Shown here: positions 12,100 through 24,739 of the stretch, piece by piece
How positions within the stretch are numbered: position 1 is the stretch's first letter
How the letters are laid out: every line of letters starts with the position of its first letter
NCBI RefSeq assembly: GCF_006345805.1
Contig: NC_043008.1
Location: 39,804,001-39,868,000, forward strand
Length of the DNA stretch: 64,000 nucleotides
Reading direction: 5' to 3'
From: Octopus sinensis
Taxonomy: Eukaryota
The notes under the pieces: model-generated
Seen by the model: only the letters and a program-made list of their open reading frames with translations
What the model was told of the DNA's origin: nothing
The model's database searches: none
Translations under genes and position numbers: made by a program

Positions 12100-14974
12100 A
12101 CATAATTTACACTAAGGTGAATTAAATTCTTATAAACACCAAGTGGGCTATTTAATTCTCTTTGTAGTCGTGTGAGCACCTATCCACACGTGTACGTACC
12201 CTTGCATTTTTGTGGGTGCTTGTCTGATCGAGTGTACAAACGCCATGTAACTTGCGCGAGGGCGCTTAAAAATCCTGTCCGTGAATGGTTATTTTAAATA
12301 CTTTTCTCGCTGTGTTGTGTTCGTTTCTTTTTGGCGTCTGCGATTTTTTTTCTGACCTGTATAAATAAAAATATTTCCTTTGTTTTGCTGCATTTTTCCT
12401 TACGAAATGAGAAGATACTTTGCGGAAATGTATCTATTTATCACTCGATGAGACACATCGCACCGCCGGATACCCCTGAGCTAGTTGTTAAGTGTCCAGT
12501 TTCAAAACAATTGTCGGGATTAATAATAAAGATTCTCGTATATTCCATCTTCCGTCTTTCATTTACCATATATATTTGGAATATACGAGAATTTTATATA
12601 TACATACATTTTATATATAAACAAACACCCACACACGCCATCGCGCGCATACACACACGCAGTCACACAACTCACACGCGCGTACACGCTGGACATTACC
12701 AATGAATATAAAATACACAAACTTATCTACGGGTATTTCCTATCTGGAAAACAAAACATGCTGGGAAGGCAACTTCACCTTTAAAATAAGTTAATCTTAT
12801 ACTTGAAAAACTTCAAAATCCGATGCGTTTGAGTAGATCTGGCGTTTAATTGAATCCAGCGTTTAAGACGACCCTGAAAACAAAGGTCGTGTTTTGGTGT
12901 TATTAGTCCTCTCTAGAGAAGTATAATTTTGTCACATATCAATAGTAATAGGGATTAGTATACATGGAAACGCAGAAGGAATCAGGCATGTTGAATAACA
13001 ACATTATGTCTCAGACAAACAGCCGGAAAGAATACTTATGACTACTTAGTAAAAATGCAATCGGGGTTCCTGTACGTGATACGTGATAACGATCTAACTT
13101 ATTGTATGCATAACCACATTTAAAGGAGTATTTTCAATTTACTGCATAAGATGGGTGAGCCCCTGCAGTATTTTGCATTGGAAGATCAACACTCAACAAT
13201 AGGGTGCTTTCCGCCTATATCATTATATTTATTTATCAATTAGTGTATGTACGTTACGTCTATTTCAATATACACTTTCATTTTTCAAACCTGAGTAACA
13301 CATTTTTAGCTTTGAGGCTTTGATATAACAGGAACTTGAACCTTTTTTCTAACGGTTGGCTAAGTGGATGTGCCTTGATGCATAAAGCATTATATCTATA
13401 GTCTTTACCATGGCGACAAACTGATTTGACATGTCCCATGATTCGTTAAGATTTTAAGAGTAACTAGACGGACATTTTTCTACAGAATGCATGGATACAG
13501 TTAGTTACTGTTAGATACTGCTAGTCGTTTCTGTCACTATATTATATAATATATAATTTTTTTAATATTCATTTGACAGAACGTATACTATCAAATGAAC
13601 GCATACTGCACATTCTGTAAGTATATTTTTAATGTAAAATATCTCCGGGGTGTATTATGTATAGAACTATATTATAGTTTGTAAAATTAAGGAGGCTTAT
13701 TGTTACAGGCTTATGGTAGAGTATGGGAATATTGTTGTATTATGTTTAAAATAACCCATTACTGTTATCTATTATTTTTTGCATGTGAATACAACTTTTG
13801 AAATATAAATGCAAATGTAAATAATATAGACAAGTGTATACTGTCCTTATATTTTAGTGCATTTTCATGTAATGCAACGTATTTTAAGTGCTTGGACAAG
13901 AGAATCATTGGAAAGAATTTAAAAGAAATATGTCTTCGTGTCTTTGATTTTTACAAAACGATCTGTTGAAACTTGCAATAAATAGAAATTGTGGAAATTT
14001 TCTGTTAGAAATATACAAAGAGAGAAAGACTCTTGTAGCAGAAAATGGGCTATTCAACTGAAGCAATGAAGTACATTGTAAATAAATTTGAATTAATTTC
14101 AGGATCTCAAAATTTTGATTCGAATATCACAGCCACAATAAAGAATTACCTAATGAAAAAAATTTTAAATACATTTCAGATTTTCTTGTTTACTCTTTCG
14201 TGTTCTTCTTCGTTGAAATTTAAATAAATATCTTATTTGAACTGCGCATGTATTTCTTTATTTTTAATCTGTTTATTATTATCTCTGTCACGTCACTGAC
14301 ATTTGAATCGCTGGATTCGATTTGTTTGCACCAAACTTTTTCCCCCACGCAAAAAAGCGTCTATTAATTCTATTCAAAACCTTTGAATGTTATAGAATCT
14401 CTTTCAATGGAGAAGGTGCTTTTAAAAATGAGAGAGGTCAAGGTTCACAATTAGTCCGGCTTCTGCAAGAAATACGCGTTAAAATCTGTCATGAAAATAC
14501 GAAGGATTTCCAACACGTGATAAGTAGAAGAATGCAACCCACTCATCGAAACAGTGTATTGTTTTAAATTTCTTATGAGCTAATTAATATTCTAAAGCCT
14601 CGAATAACTTGTTACAATTCCATTATTGTTTATATGTAAAGGCAAACGAGAGACAGCGTGATATTAAAATATTTAACATAGACAGTCCGGTCAACGCTTA
14701 AAAGACAATGTGAAATGCGGAATATGCAAAAAAAAATATATATCTTGCATACATAATTCCATTTGCACTCCGGAAACTATATCTTTAATTTACTATTTAC
14801 AATTAGGGACTGTGTTATACGCAAAGTGAGTACCAAGCCTAATACCAAATTACGAATATGTCTGAGCATATCCGAAGTTCTATTTAATTCGAGTTCCCCT
14901 CGAAAAATGAAACGTAGGTAATGGAAATTAGCGCTCCATGTTACGAAAGCAATATATTCTTGTTTCTCTGTTGT

Positions 14975-15039
14975 TGTCCTTCTTCTTCTTCTTCTTCTTC
15001 TTCTCTTCTTCTTCTTCTCTTCTTCTTCTTCTTCTTCTT

Positions 15040-15117
<78 letters not shown>

Positions 15118-15208
15118 GTTATTATTATTGTTATTGTTATTATATTATTACTATTACTATTACTATTACTATTATTATTATTATATTATTATTATTATTA
15201 TTATTATT
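14975..15208. repeat. (CTT)n followed by (ATT)n microsatellite
   Basis: Directly visible. Confidence 0.95.
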
Positions 15209-15368
15209 CAGTAGTTTTATTTTTATAGCGTGCTTTCACTTCACTACCGAGCGCAGCTCTGTGTGCCTTGGGTATGTGCTGTGACTTGTTGTGATGCTCT
15301 GATGGTTATTGTATGGAAAGTGTTCTGCGTAGGATGTGTGCAGTGCCTAGTAGTGCAATTTTCTGTAT
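15209..15368 (-). mobile_element. R4/Dong-type non-LTR retrotransposon 3' end (type 1)
   Basis: The minus strand encodes IQKIALLGTAHILRRTLSIQ*, the typical C-terminus after the RLE domain, followed by a short 3'UTR. Flanked by (AAT)n on both sides. Confidence 0.8.
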
Positions 15369-15379
15369 TATTATTATTA

Positions 15380-15426
<47 letters not shown>

Positions 15427-15447
15427 TTATTATTATTATTGTTATTA

Positions 15448-15950
15448 TAGATGTCACACAGTGTACAATATCGTGGGGCTGTTCATTGAAGATATTGTGT
15501 CTACTGAGGGTTTGTACTGTTTGCCAAGTCATAACAAGAACCTCAGGGAGTGCTTTACGCCCTATGCCTGCAGTTCCAGGTAATACGAGCTTTTGCAATA
15601 CATCTAGATTGTAGGGTATTTCGAAGGTTTTCAGATGTTTTTTTTTTCAGATCGGGCGCTACTGAATGACAATAGGGATAACCCTCCGATGACAATAGGG
15701 TTAACCTTTATGTTCGACTCTCGTAGCTGTCAAATCTTAGTGATCTCCATTCTCAGTTCTCCATAATTATCAATTTTTTCTCTTTCTTTCATGATAATAT
15801 GTCGATCTCCTGGCACCGCCACATCAATTATTAGGCACTCTTGTTTTATCCCTCCTAAAGGTTACTATATCTGGGCATCGGTGCTCTAACACATTGTTTC
15901 TCTGGAAGTCAAACTCCCAGAGGATTTTTCCCCCCGTTTCATCTATTACC

Positions 15951-15951
<1 letters not shown>
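15448..15951 (-). mobile_element. R4/Dong-type non-LTR retrotransposon, 5'-truncated, with restriction-like endonuclease (type 2)
   Basis: Frameshifted KVIDETG.KILWEFDFQRNNVLEHRCPDIV..ECLIIDVAVPGDRHIIMKEREKIDNYGEL..PIVIGG..LQKLVLPGTA is the PD-(D/E)xK RLE of the R4 clade. Flanked by (AAT)n. Confidence 0.88.
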
Positions 15952-16006
<55 letters not shown>

Positions 16007-16022
16007 GTATTCATCCATTACC

Positions 16023-16055
<33 letters not shown>

Positions 16056-16074
16056 GTATTCATCCATTACCTTA

Positions 16075-16131
<57 letters not shown>

Positions 16132-16195
16132 CATTATTATTATTATTATTATTATTATTGTTATTATTATTATCATCATTATTATTGTTATTACT

Positions 16196-16301
16196 GAGGC
16201 AATGAGCTGGCAGAGATGTTAGCAAACCGGGCCAAATGCTTAGCGACATTTCGTCCGTCTGCATGACCTGAAGTTCAAATTCCGCCGCTGTCCATTTTGC
16301 C
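16196..16301 (+). mobile_element. SINE family C, 3'-truncated
   Basis: GAGCTGGCAGAGATGTTAGCAAACCGGGCCAAATGCTTAGCG..AGTTCAAATTCCGCC, homologous to the 10200 copy. Confidence 0.8.
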
Positions 16302-16486
16302 CACGGACAAAGGGAGAGTCATATGCTTAAGTGAATTTATAATGGCCGATATCTATACACAAAAAATGCAGACAACATACTAATAGACATGATGATGCAG
16401 TTAAATAATGGCTCTTAAATTCAGAACCAGTTAGAGACGCATGCGACGCATGTATAGTAATTGCAAAACAAATATTTAGAAACAGG

Positions 16487-16527
<41 letters not shown>

Positions 16528-16589
16528 TACTTGCATGCATGCATACATAATGATAAACAATCATACATACTTACATACACACAACACAC

Positions 16590-16658
<69 letters not shown>

Positions 16659-17188
16659 TTATAAAATATCTCATCTAAAATAAGTACGTAATACTGTAAT
16701 AGTCTGGGTTTCAGGGCCCGCAATTGTGCAACCTTAGAGATCTACATAGTGTTGATGCGGAAGTTTTCAAGAACGTCTGGACAGGTCCCTACCTGAGATA
16801 CGGGATAAACCCACATCGCAGTAGGATACACAAAGAAGAGTAGCTCCGTCCAACTCACTACTTCACCAAAAGTAACATCGAAACAACACCGAGTGAACTT
16901 AGCCTTGGACCGAAACCAGTAAAAGATAAAAAATAAAAGATATATATGCATGTGTGTATATATATATATATATGTAGGTATATGTATGTATTTATAATAT
17001 ATATCTATATATATATATATATATAATATAGATATATATATACATATACATATATATGTATGCATGAGTGCATGGATGTATCTATGCATATAGTTGAATT
17101 TCTGGACATATGTATATGTATGTGTATATGTATGTATTTATTTACGCTTATATCCCTATTTCCGCGTGTATATAAGTAAGAGAGAGAG

Positions 17189-17229
<41 letters not shown>

Positions 17230-17484
17230 GGAGAGAGAGAAAGCGCATCTGTCTGTGCTTTTTATTGGCGCAAAATCACTTCCAAGATACAAAGAGATTT
17301 TTTTTATTTGCTGAACACACAACCTCATGTCGAGAATCTTGAGAACCAAATACAAAAATTATAAATATACATATATGAATAATTAAGATTAAGTTGAATT
17401 AGGTACTTAAGTTGATGTACCAAGTAAGATCGGTATTATCCGCACAGCTCGAAGTAAGGTGAATAAAAAGCAAATAAGTAACAG

Positions 17485-17685
17485 AAATGTCAATGTATTA
17501 GAGCATTATGGTCGTTTCAGGCGGCTCCATTTAATCGAACAATGCAAGCATTACACCAATCTTCAGATGCAAAGTATAGGTTTTCAACAGACAGGATACT
17601 TCATTATAACTTTTCGCAAATATATCATCAGAGCTAGAGAATCAAAGAATTCCATGCTGCTCCTATTATAGCAGAATAAACTTAG
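17485..17685 (-). repeat. Left arm of an inverted repeat pair, containing a degenerate hammerhead motif (17502-17571)
   Basis: The reverse complement aligns by eye to 18062-18272. It retains TGCAT-CTGAAGA..GCCGCCT-GAAAC but has lost the 5' strand of stem II. Confidence 0.85.
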
Positions 17686-18061
17686 AAGGAATGCGCCAAT
17701 TTATCATTTGGAGTGGCAGAAGAGGATCACACGGAGGTCATGAGATGGTAATTTAGCTATAATTTTCATTTATCCCTTATCACCATCAAAAGATCTAATG
17801 CATCTAGTAAATTGCGTCTATTAAGAAGTAAAACCAACAAAAATTGGCGTTGAAATTCTATCTGCTGATAATAAATTAAATACTGTCGGATATTCACCCG
17901 AAACTTATTTCACTATGGCTAAATATTGCCTTGACCACACAAATAAACACATCTCAGAAGAAGTCAGTCAGAGACTGGTAAATGCTCAGGAAGCGGGAGG
18001 GTAGGGGTGACATAAAATCTTTTATTATGAGTTAAAGGGGCCCTGAAATAGAAAATAAAGG

Positions 18062-18272
18062 ACTTAATTTATTCTGCTACAACACAATTATTTCCTTTTC
18101 TAGCTCTGATGATATATTTGCTAAAAGTTATAATGCAGTATGCTGCCTCTTGAAAACTTATAACTTGCATCCGATGAAGGCGGCAGATTTTAAATTAAGG
18201 CAATGCATATATTGTTCGATAAAATAGAGCCGCCTGAAACGGCCGTAATGCACAAATATCTTGACATCTTTG
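18062..18272 (+). repeat. Right arm of the inverted repeat pair (probable Penelope-like terminal repeat)
   Basis: Shares TTTATTCTGCTA, CTAGCTCTGATGATATATTTGC.AAAAGTTATAATG.AGTAT and GAGCCGCCTGAAAC with the reverse complement of 17485-17685. Confidence 0.85.
18166..18252 (+). ncRNA. Minimal type-I hammerhead ribozyme fold (U4C core variant)
   Basis: Stem I TGCAT/ATGCA; core CCGATGA (18171-18177); stem II AGGCGGC/GCCGCCT with a 44-nt loop; GAAA (18236-18239); stem III AC-GGCC-GT; cleavage triplet GUA. Confidence 0.7.
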
Positions 18273-18567
18273 TTATTTATTTCCTTTAGACACACACACG
18301 CAAACATACGCATACACAAGTGAATGAAGAACTAAGGAAAAGCTCATTCGGCGCATTTCGTAGGAGTTATATATAAATTACATAAAACAGAGTGGTTCGG
18401 ATCCATGTGACTTAAAGTCTCACCGGCTTCTCACAGTAACCCGGCTTATTTAGGCACAGATTACGTACGGAATGGACGAACACACAAAGTCCAATTTGGC
18501 TACTGCAAAATGGGCTGGTATTGCTGAAGTCGGGTCACGAACTCTCTATTAGTGTGTGTATGTGTGC

Positions 18568-18627
<60 letters not shown>

Positions 18628-18693
18628 TAATATTTATAATATATATATTATATGTGTGTGTTTCGTGTCTGTGTGTGTGTAGAGAGAGAGATG

Positions 18694-18757
<64 letters not shown>
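18694..18757. repeat. (GATA)n tetranucleotide microsatellite
   Basis: Directly visible. Confidence 0.95.
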
Positions 18758-19579
18758 CACTTTCATGCACGCATATATAATTGAACATTTAGATAGAAAA
18801 ATATATTACAACTTTAGCTGAAAAACTACTCAGATTTACATAAAAACAAATCCCTAGGACAATGTTGGCACCAACAGGATTGCTTTGTCTTGGACACACG
18901 CTCCTCTTAGGGTTACACGACAAAGACCGACATGGAACTAAAAAACAGGCCGCAACATACAAGCCACATTGAATGGCAATACAAAGTGTATGAACGTTTC
19001 TGAATATTCATTACGACGCTTATATCATCTTCGGCATCATTTGGCTGTGATCGTTAAACTCCACAAAGAAAGTTATCACTTGGTTGTCTCGTTAAAGAAA
19101 GTCGTAGCTTAGTATATAAGTGGAGCGGCTAAAATCAAAGAACATTGAACAAGGTTCACTGCGCATGTTAATTACATATTTTCACTTTATGACATGTTTA
19201 ATATAAAATATTGACATATCAACGCATTAGCCCCAACAGCCGTCAGTCAAAATCACGAACGGAAACTTCCGAGATTGGCAGCAATACAGAACTTGGTTCT
19301 GAGAGATAGAGAAATAATGGGGTATTAGAGTTAGTAGTGCTGTTGTTATTGTTAACGTAGGTGGTGGTGCCGATGGTGGTGAGATTTCGAAAGAGAAGGT
19401 ACACGGTCCAAGTCACGTCACACGCATATGCGCATATTCACTACACACAAACATATAAATACATTACGTACATATATACACACATACACATTCACACACA
19501 TATATATTCGCATATATGTGTGTGCGTGAGTGTACATGTTTGCATACATAGTCTCAGGTATACATACACAAGTTTATAC

Positions 19580-19616
<37 letters not shown>

Positions 19617-20424
19617 TAAATATTTATGATAAATATATCTATATCTATATGATATATTTCAATATTATATATATAATATGCGTATATGTATGTATGTGTG
19701 CATGTATGTATATACAGAGATAGTAAGAATATACACGTAACAGGCCCACACGAGAAGCAAAGCTGTGTGGTTTACAAACCAAAAATATATATGCATGTAT
19801 ATATATATATATATATGCATATACATACAAATATATATATAGGTTTATATATATCTATCATATATCTATCTATTTAACATGTATATATGTGTATATGTAT
19901 GTGTGTATATATATTTGTGTATGTATATGTATACATATATGTGTGTATATATACACACATACATAGATGTTTAGGTGTATGTATATATATGCATATATAT
20001 ATGTATATATATGCGTTTATATGTATATATATATATATATATATAATAACACAAAAAAAAATATATACATATATATGTTATGCGTTTGTCTATGTGTGTG
20101 TATGCGTGTGAGTGTGTGTGGCTGTCCCTGTGTGTGTATTTATGTACGTATATTTGCAATCTCTTACATATAATTGGAATCTGTCCTGATATCTGTTTAA
20201 GTTCGTGGTTTCAATTATGAATTGCTTGAATCTATTAGGAAAATAAAGGAAAACTAATTAGGTTTGGAAAGCTATAAGGTATTTAATTGTAGAATAGGTG
20301 TTTCGTTTTAGGAAAACTACCAATTTTATGCGTCATTATGCCAACACACACGTCAGTTTTTATTTGACTTGTCTACCCTTCAGTCAGCAAGCGCAAGAAC
20401 ACGCCACATAGTGCAATGACACAC

Positions 20425-20800
20425 ACGCATATAATATATATATTATTATATATATATATATATATAATATACATATATATATATATAATATATATATATT
20501 ATATATATATATATACATATATATATAGGGATATATAGATATATACATATATAGATATATACATATATATATTTACATACACACACACACATATATATAT
20601 ATATCTATATATATACATATATATATATTATATATATTTATTTATATATATATATTATATATATATATATATAACATATTATATGTATATATATATATAT
20701 ATATACATATATAATATATATATATATTTATATATTATATATATATATATTATATATATATATAAATATATATTTATATAATATATATATTTATATATAT

Positions 20801-20831
<31 letters not shown>

Positions 20832-20855
20832 TTATTTAGTTATATAGATATATAG
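20425..20855. repeat. ~430-bp imperfect (TA)n tract
   Basis: Directly visible. Confidence 0.95.
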
Positions 20856-20860
20856 GTATG

Positions 20861-21000
20861 CAGGCGAAGTCGTGGTTATGGGTGTATGAAAATTTCCACG
20901 CAACCATATTGTTCTGTGTTCAGTCCTACAATGTGGTACTTCAGGCCAACCTAATACCTTTCAGCAGATTTGGTGGATAGAAACTGGAAGAAACACTTCC
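20861..21000 (+). mobile_element. Degenerate SINE family B head
   Basis: GCAACCATATTGTTCTGTGTTCAGTCC..GATTTGGTGGATAGAAACTGGAAGAA, similar to the reverse complements of the 36233 and 37920 copies. Confidence 0.6.
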
Positions 21001-21582
21001 TACACAGACACACACAGGCACGCCCCCCCCCACACGTATACATATATTCACACACACACACAGCCACACTCTTGTATGCGTGTGTTTCTTTCTGTCTGTA
21101 TTTTGCCCCCGTCTCCGCTTGACTACTATTGTTGGTGTGATTACATTACCCATAACGTAGCCGTTCAAAAGACAAGATCGATACAATAAATATCGGGCTT
21201 TGTTCGAGTACAATTCATCATGAGTGTGTGAGTCTGTGTGTGTATGTGGTGAATAATGTGTAAATATCTGGTAGAAAAGTAGGAAATCTGTCATAGCCGT
21301 TTAGAATTTAATATTTAAGATATTTTTCATCTTCAGGTAAAAGCGAAGCGTCGTTAAAAATTTTTAGGTCTCTGTGACGCGTAACTGGGATCGGATCACT
21401 AAAGTTAACTCTAATATGTAAATAAGGATTGATTTTTGTCAAACCATTTCATAGGAAAATAGTATAACGATTTGAATAAATATTTGAATTGATATTAGAT
21501 ATGGTTTTCGTTACCGCTGAAATAAGAGTAGTTTAAGAAACGTAGGATTATGTTAGAAAATATTCAAAGTAGTGAAATATTC

Positions 21583-21794
21583 CCTTCTACTGTAGGTACA
21601 AAGCCTGAAATTTCAGGGAAAGGGGTGAATCGATTACATCAACCCCAGCACTCAACTGGCATTTAACTTATCGTATCCGAAAGGATGAAAGGCAAAGTCG
21701 ACCCCGGCGGAATTTCAACTCAGAATGTAAAAACACGACGAAATACAGCAAAGTATTTTGCTAGGCCTGTTAATGATTCTTCCAACTTGTCCCC
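21583..21794 (-). mobile_element. SINE family C, degenerate
   Basis: GGATGAAAGGCAAAGTCGACCCCGGCGGAATTTCAACTCAGAA on the + strand is the Nin-like domain reversed. Confidence 0.8.
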
Positions 21795-22894
21795 TTAAAG
21801 TAATGAAATGATAAAATTATTTTGATAAACATAAGCAACTAAATACAAGATTGAGTGTATAAAATAAGATATGAAACGTGGTCTAATTTCAGGGGAGGTG
21901 GTTCTCAAACTTTTTAGTATGCGGGTCAGATCCAAGACCTGGATTTTTTAGTGGAGCGTACCAAATGAATTGATAAGATATCAATTTAATAAAAAAAATC
22001 ATTGTATTTATAGAGGGAAGATCACAGGGACGACCGGATAGACACTTGATGGCCGCTTGCATCCCAGTGATTCGCTTGTTGAGAACATCTTTCTTGGTGG
22101 TATTGCATGGAAGACCACGGTTTCGAACTCGGGATGGTGTGTGGTGTTTTAGAGTGAAACTTTTAATTTCAATTACTTCATTCCACTGTCAATGTGAAAC
22201 CCTACGACGGAGTAATGGCAAAAGGAAACCGCGTTACTGTTATCCAGAATGCATAGGGGATTTAATGTACGTTCATGACAAAGGTAAATATTCTTCAGAC
22301 ACAAATGAGTGTACGAAAAAAGAAGCAATTTTCTAGTTAATTTGGGAATAACAATCATACTTAAAAGTTAGAGAAAAAGATGAGTAAGGGCCAGATAAGT
22401 ACAAGGAAAACGAACTTAGGTTTCAGAGCAGATTAAATTACAATAACCTGGAGGTTAATAGATGCGTGAAAGAAAAGGGAAACGAATAGTATATTAATAT
22501 TGAAGTGTGGTTCATAATTGAATAATATAAGTTTTTTTTTATCTTAGCAATGCCAAGAGGGCAGAGTAATCGATATCATCGATGCCAGTATTCCAGAGGT
22601 GCTTAAATTTATTCCGGAGGGATAAAAATAGCAAAAAACAAATTTGACTAATATGTTTTGGGGAAGAATTAATAGAAGAGCCAAAGAAAACACAATAACT
22701 TTTGAACTTAGTCAGAAGTTCTGTAAACTTTCCTTTTCTTTCTTTCTGCTCCCCCAGATTCGACATCTTTGCAATTTTCGATGTTGGACGATATTCGTTA
22801 TCAATTTTCGTTCTATGAACGTTTCAGAATCAAGCAGAGACTATCCAATTGCCTGGCATTCGTCACAATAATGTCGTTCCTCTCGATAATTGCA

Positions 22895-23040
22895 GCGGCA
22901 GCGTGCTGGTAGAATCCTTGCTTCAACGGAAAAATGCTTGGGGATATTTCTTCTGATTTAGCATTCTGAGTACAACTACTGCAAGGGATCGACTTTGCTT
23001 TTCATCCTCAGGAGTTCGATAAAAGAACTACTGGGGTAAT
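22895..23040 (+). mobile_element. SINE family C, degenerate
   Basis: GCTGGTAGAATC..AAATGCTT..TTCTGAGT..TCGACTTTGCTTTTCATCCTCAGGAGTTCGATAA. Confidence 0.7.
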
Positions 23041-23137
23041 GAGCTAACACACCTACCCGAAATTGTGAGTCGTTGTGCCATAATTTGAAAAGTGCAAAAT
23101 TTGTTCATCCCGTACATATATATATAATTATATATAT

Positions 23138-23224
<87 letters not shown>

Positions 23225-23333
23225 ATATATTACATGTAAGCATGTATATATATATATATATAGTGACATTGAAGGACGCATCTTTCGATTTACAATCAAT
23301 AGTAGTGAACATTAGTATATGTCTGTATATGTG

Positions 23334-23372
<39 letters not shown>

Positions 23373-24279
23373 GTGTGTGTGTATATGTGTATTGCCTGTT
23401 ATATACATTATATTATATTATATCTTTATAATTTACTTCCATCTTACCTTTTAATTGTCACTTTAATTTTAACTTTCCTATGATATACAATTTTCAAGGG
23501 TGTAATTTGGTTGTTCATTTGAACCGATAAAAAGGTTTTTTTTCAATATTTTATGTATAAGTCTGTGTGTATATATATGTATTGGTATAAATATCAACAT
23601 ACAAAAATATTTTTTTCTTCTTCTCCACTTCCTCCCTTATTTTAATTTATTTTTTATTTATTTAAAAAAAAAAAATTTTTTTATTATTTTTTATTTTTTA
23701 TTTTTATTTTTATTTTTATTTTTATTTTCCATTTTCTCTTTTTGTCTCTCTCCCCTTCTCCAAACACACAGAGACACACACACACACTTCCACAAACACA
23801 CACGGACACACAGAGAGAGACACACACACTTCCACAAAACGATCATAGAAAGTATGACCCCAAATGACATTTGTCCGGCCAGCCTACCCACACCACACAC
23901 TCAGTGACACCAGAATAGACAGAGAACCAAAATTCTTAGAAAACCATAGGGGGTCCAGCAGGCCAACGGAAATACTTCTTCTTCCCTCTCAGATACAAAC
24001 GCACACACACACACACACATACATATACACACATGTTTTCTCTGTCTCACTTCCTCCTCACCCTCTTATACCGTCTTATTCCTCACCACTGCTACGAAAC
24101 TCTATAAAATGTTCAAATTCCCCACAAAGGAATTGATTTGATTTGAAAACCCCACTGGATTGGGAGAAAGCGCTAATAATCCGAATGATATGATCTGAAT
24201 GATATGATAAATATATATGTAAAAATGTAATATATAAATAAATATCTATAAATTGAACCATCCGATCTTACCTCATTTC

Positions 24280-24326
<47 letters not shown>

Positions 24327-24542
24327 TAGATATTATATATATATATATATTGTAATAGAAAGGGAAGATTTTCGATTATCCCCAAGTGGTGAGTTGTAAT
24401 ATAATAATAAATAAAGAAGGAAAAAGCAGGCGCTTTACTGAGTTCTAATATATTTGTAAAATATTTTAAATTCTGCTTGTCGACCTGTTTCGCTTACGTT
24501 AATGATGACATTAAAAGTTATTTAAATACGTATTTTCCTAAG

Positions 24543-24695
24543 AAAATTTTTTTTGCATCAGCACGACGTTTTGTCAGTGAACAGGACGCGATCTCAAAGC
24601 GACGAAAATATTTTCACAACTTAAATTTAAGTGTTGAAGTGAATCTAACGCTTTTTGTGTGTTTCTTAAATGGCTTATAAACACATTCTACGCTG
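24543..24695. repeat. One arm of a fold-back MITE-like element (second copy at 32218-32368)
   Basis: TGTCAGTGAACAGG.CGCG.TCTCAAAGC.ACGAAAATATTTT..CAACTTAAATTTAAGT.TTGAAGTGAATCTAACG.TTTTTGTGTGTTTCTTAAATGGCTTATAAACAC is shared with 32245-32360. Confidence 0.85.
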
Positions 24696-24701
24696 AAATC
24701 G

Positions 24702-24739
<38 letters not shown>

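Noticed and set aside
16740-16920. GC-balanced island with a possible 111-bp minus-strand exon
   Set aside because: The peptide is unrecognisable and it could equally be a TE fragment.
21897-21950. GTGGTTCTCAAACTTTTT, resembling a hAT-Charlie TIR
   Set aside because: No partner TIR or 8-bp TSD was found.
22010-22285. GC-richer segment with RRM-like snippets (ENIFLGGIAWKTT on +, RVRNRGLP on -) and possible splice sites
   Set aside because: The resemblances are short and on opposite strands, with adjacent stops, so chance cannot be excluded.
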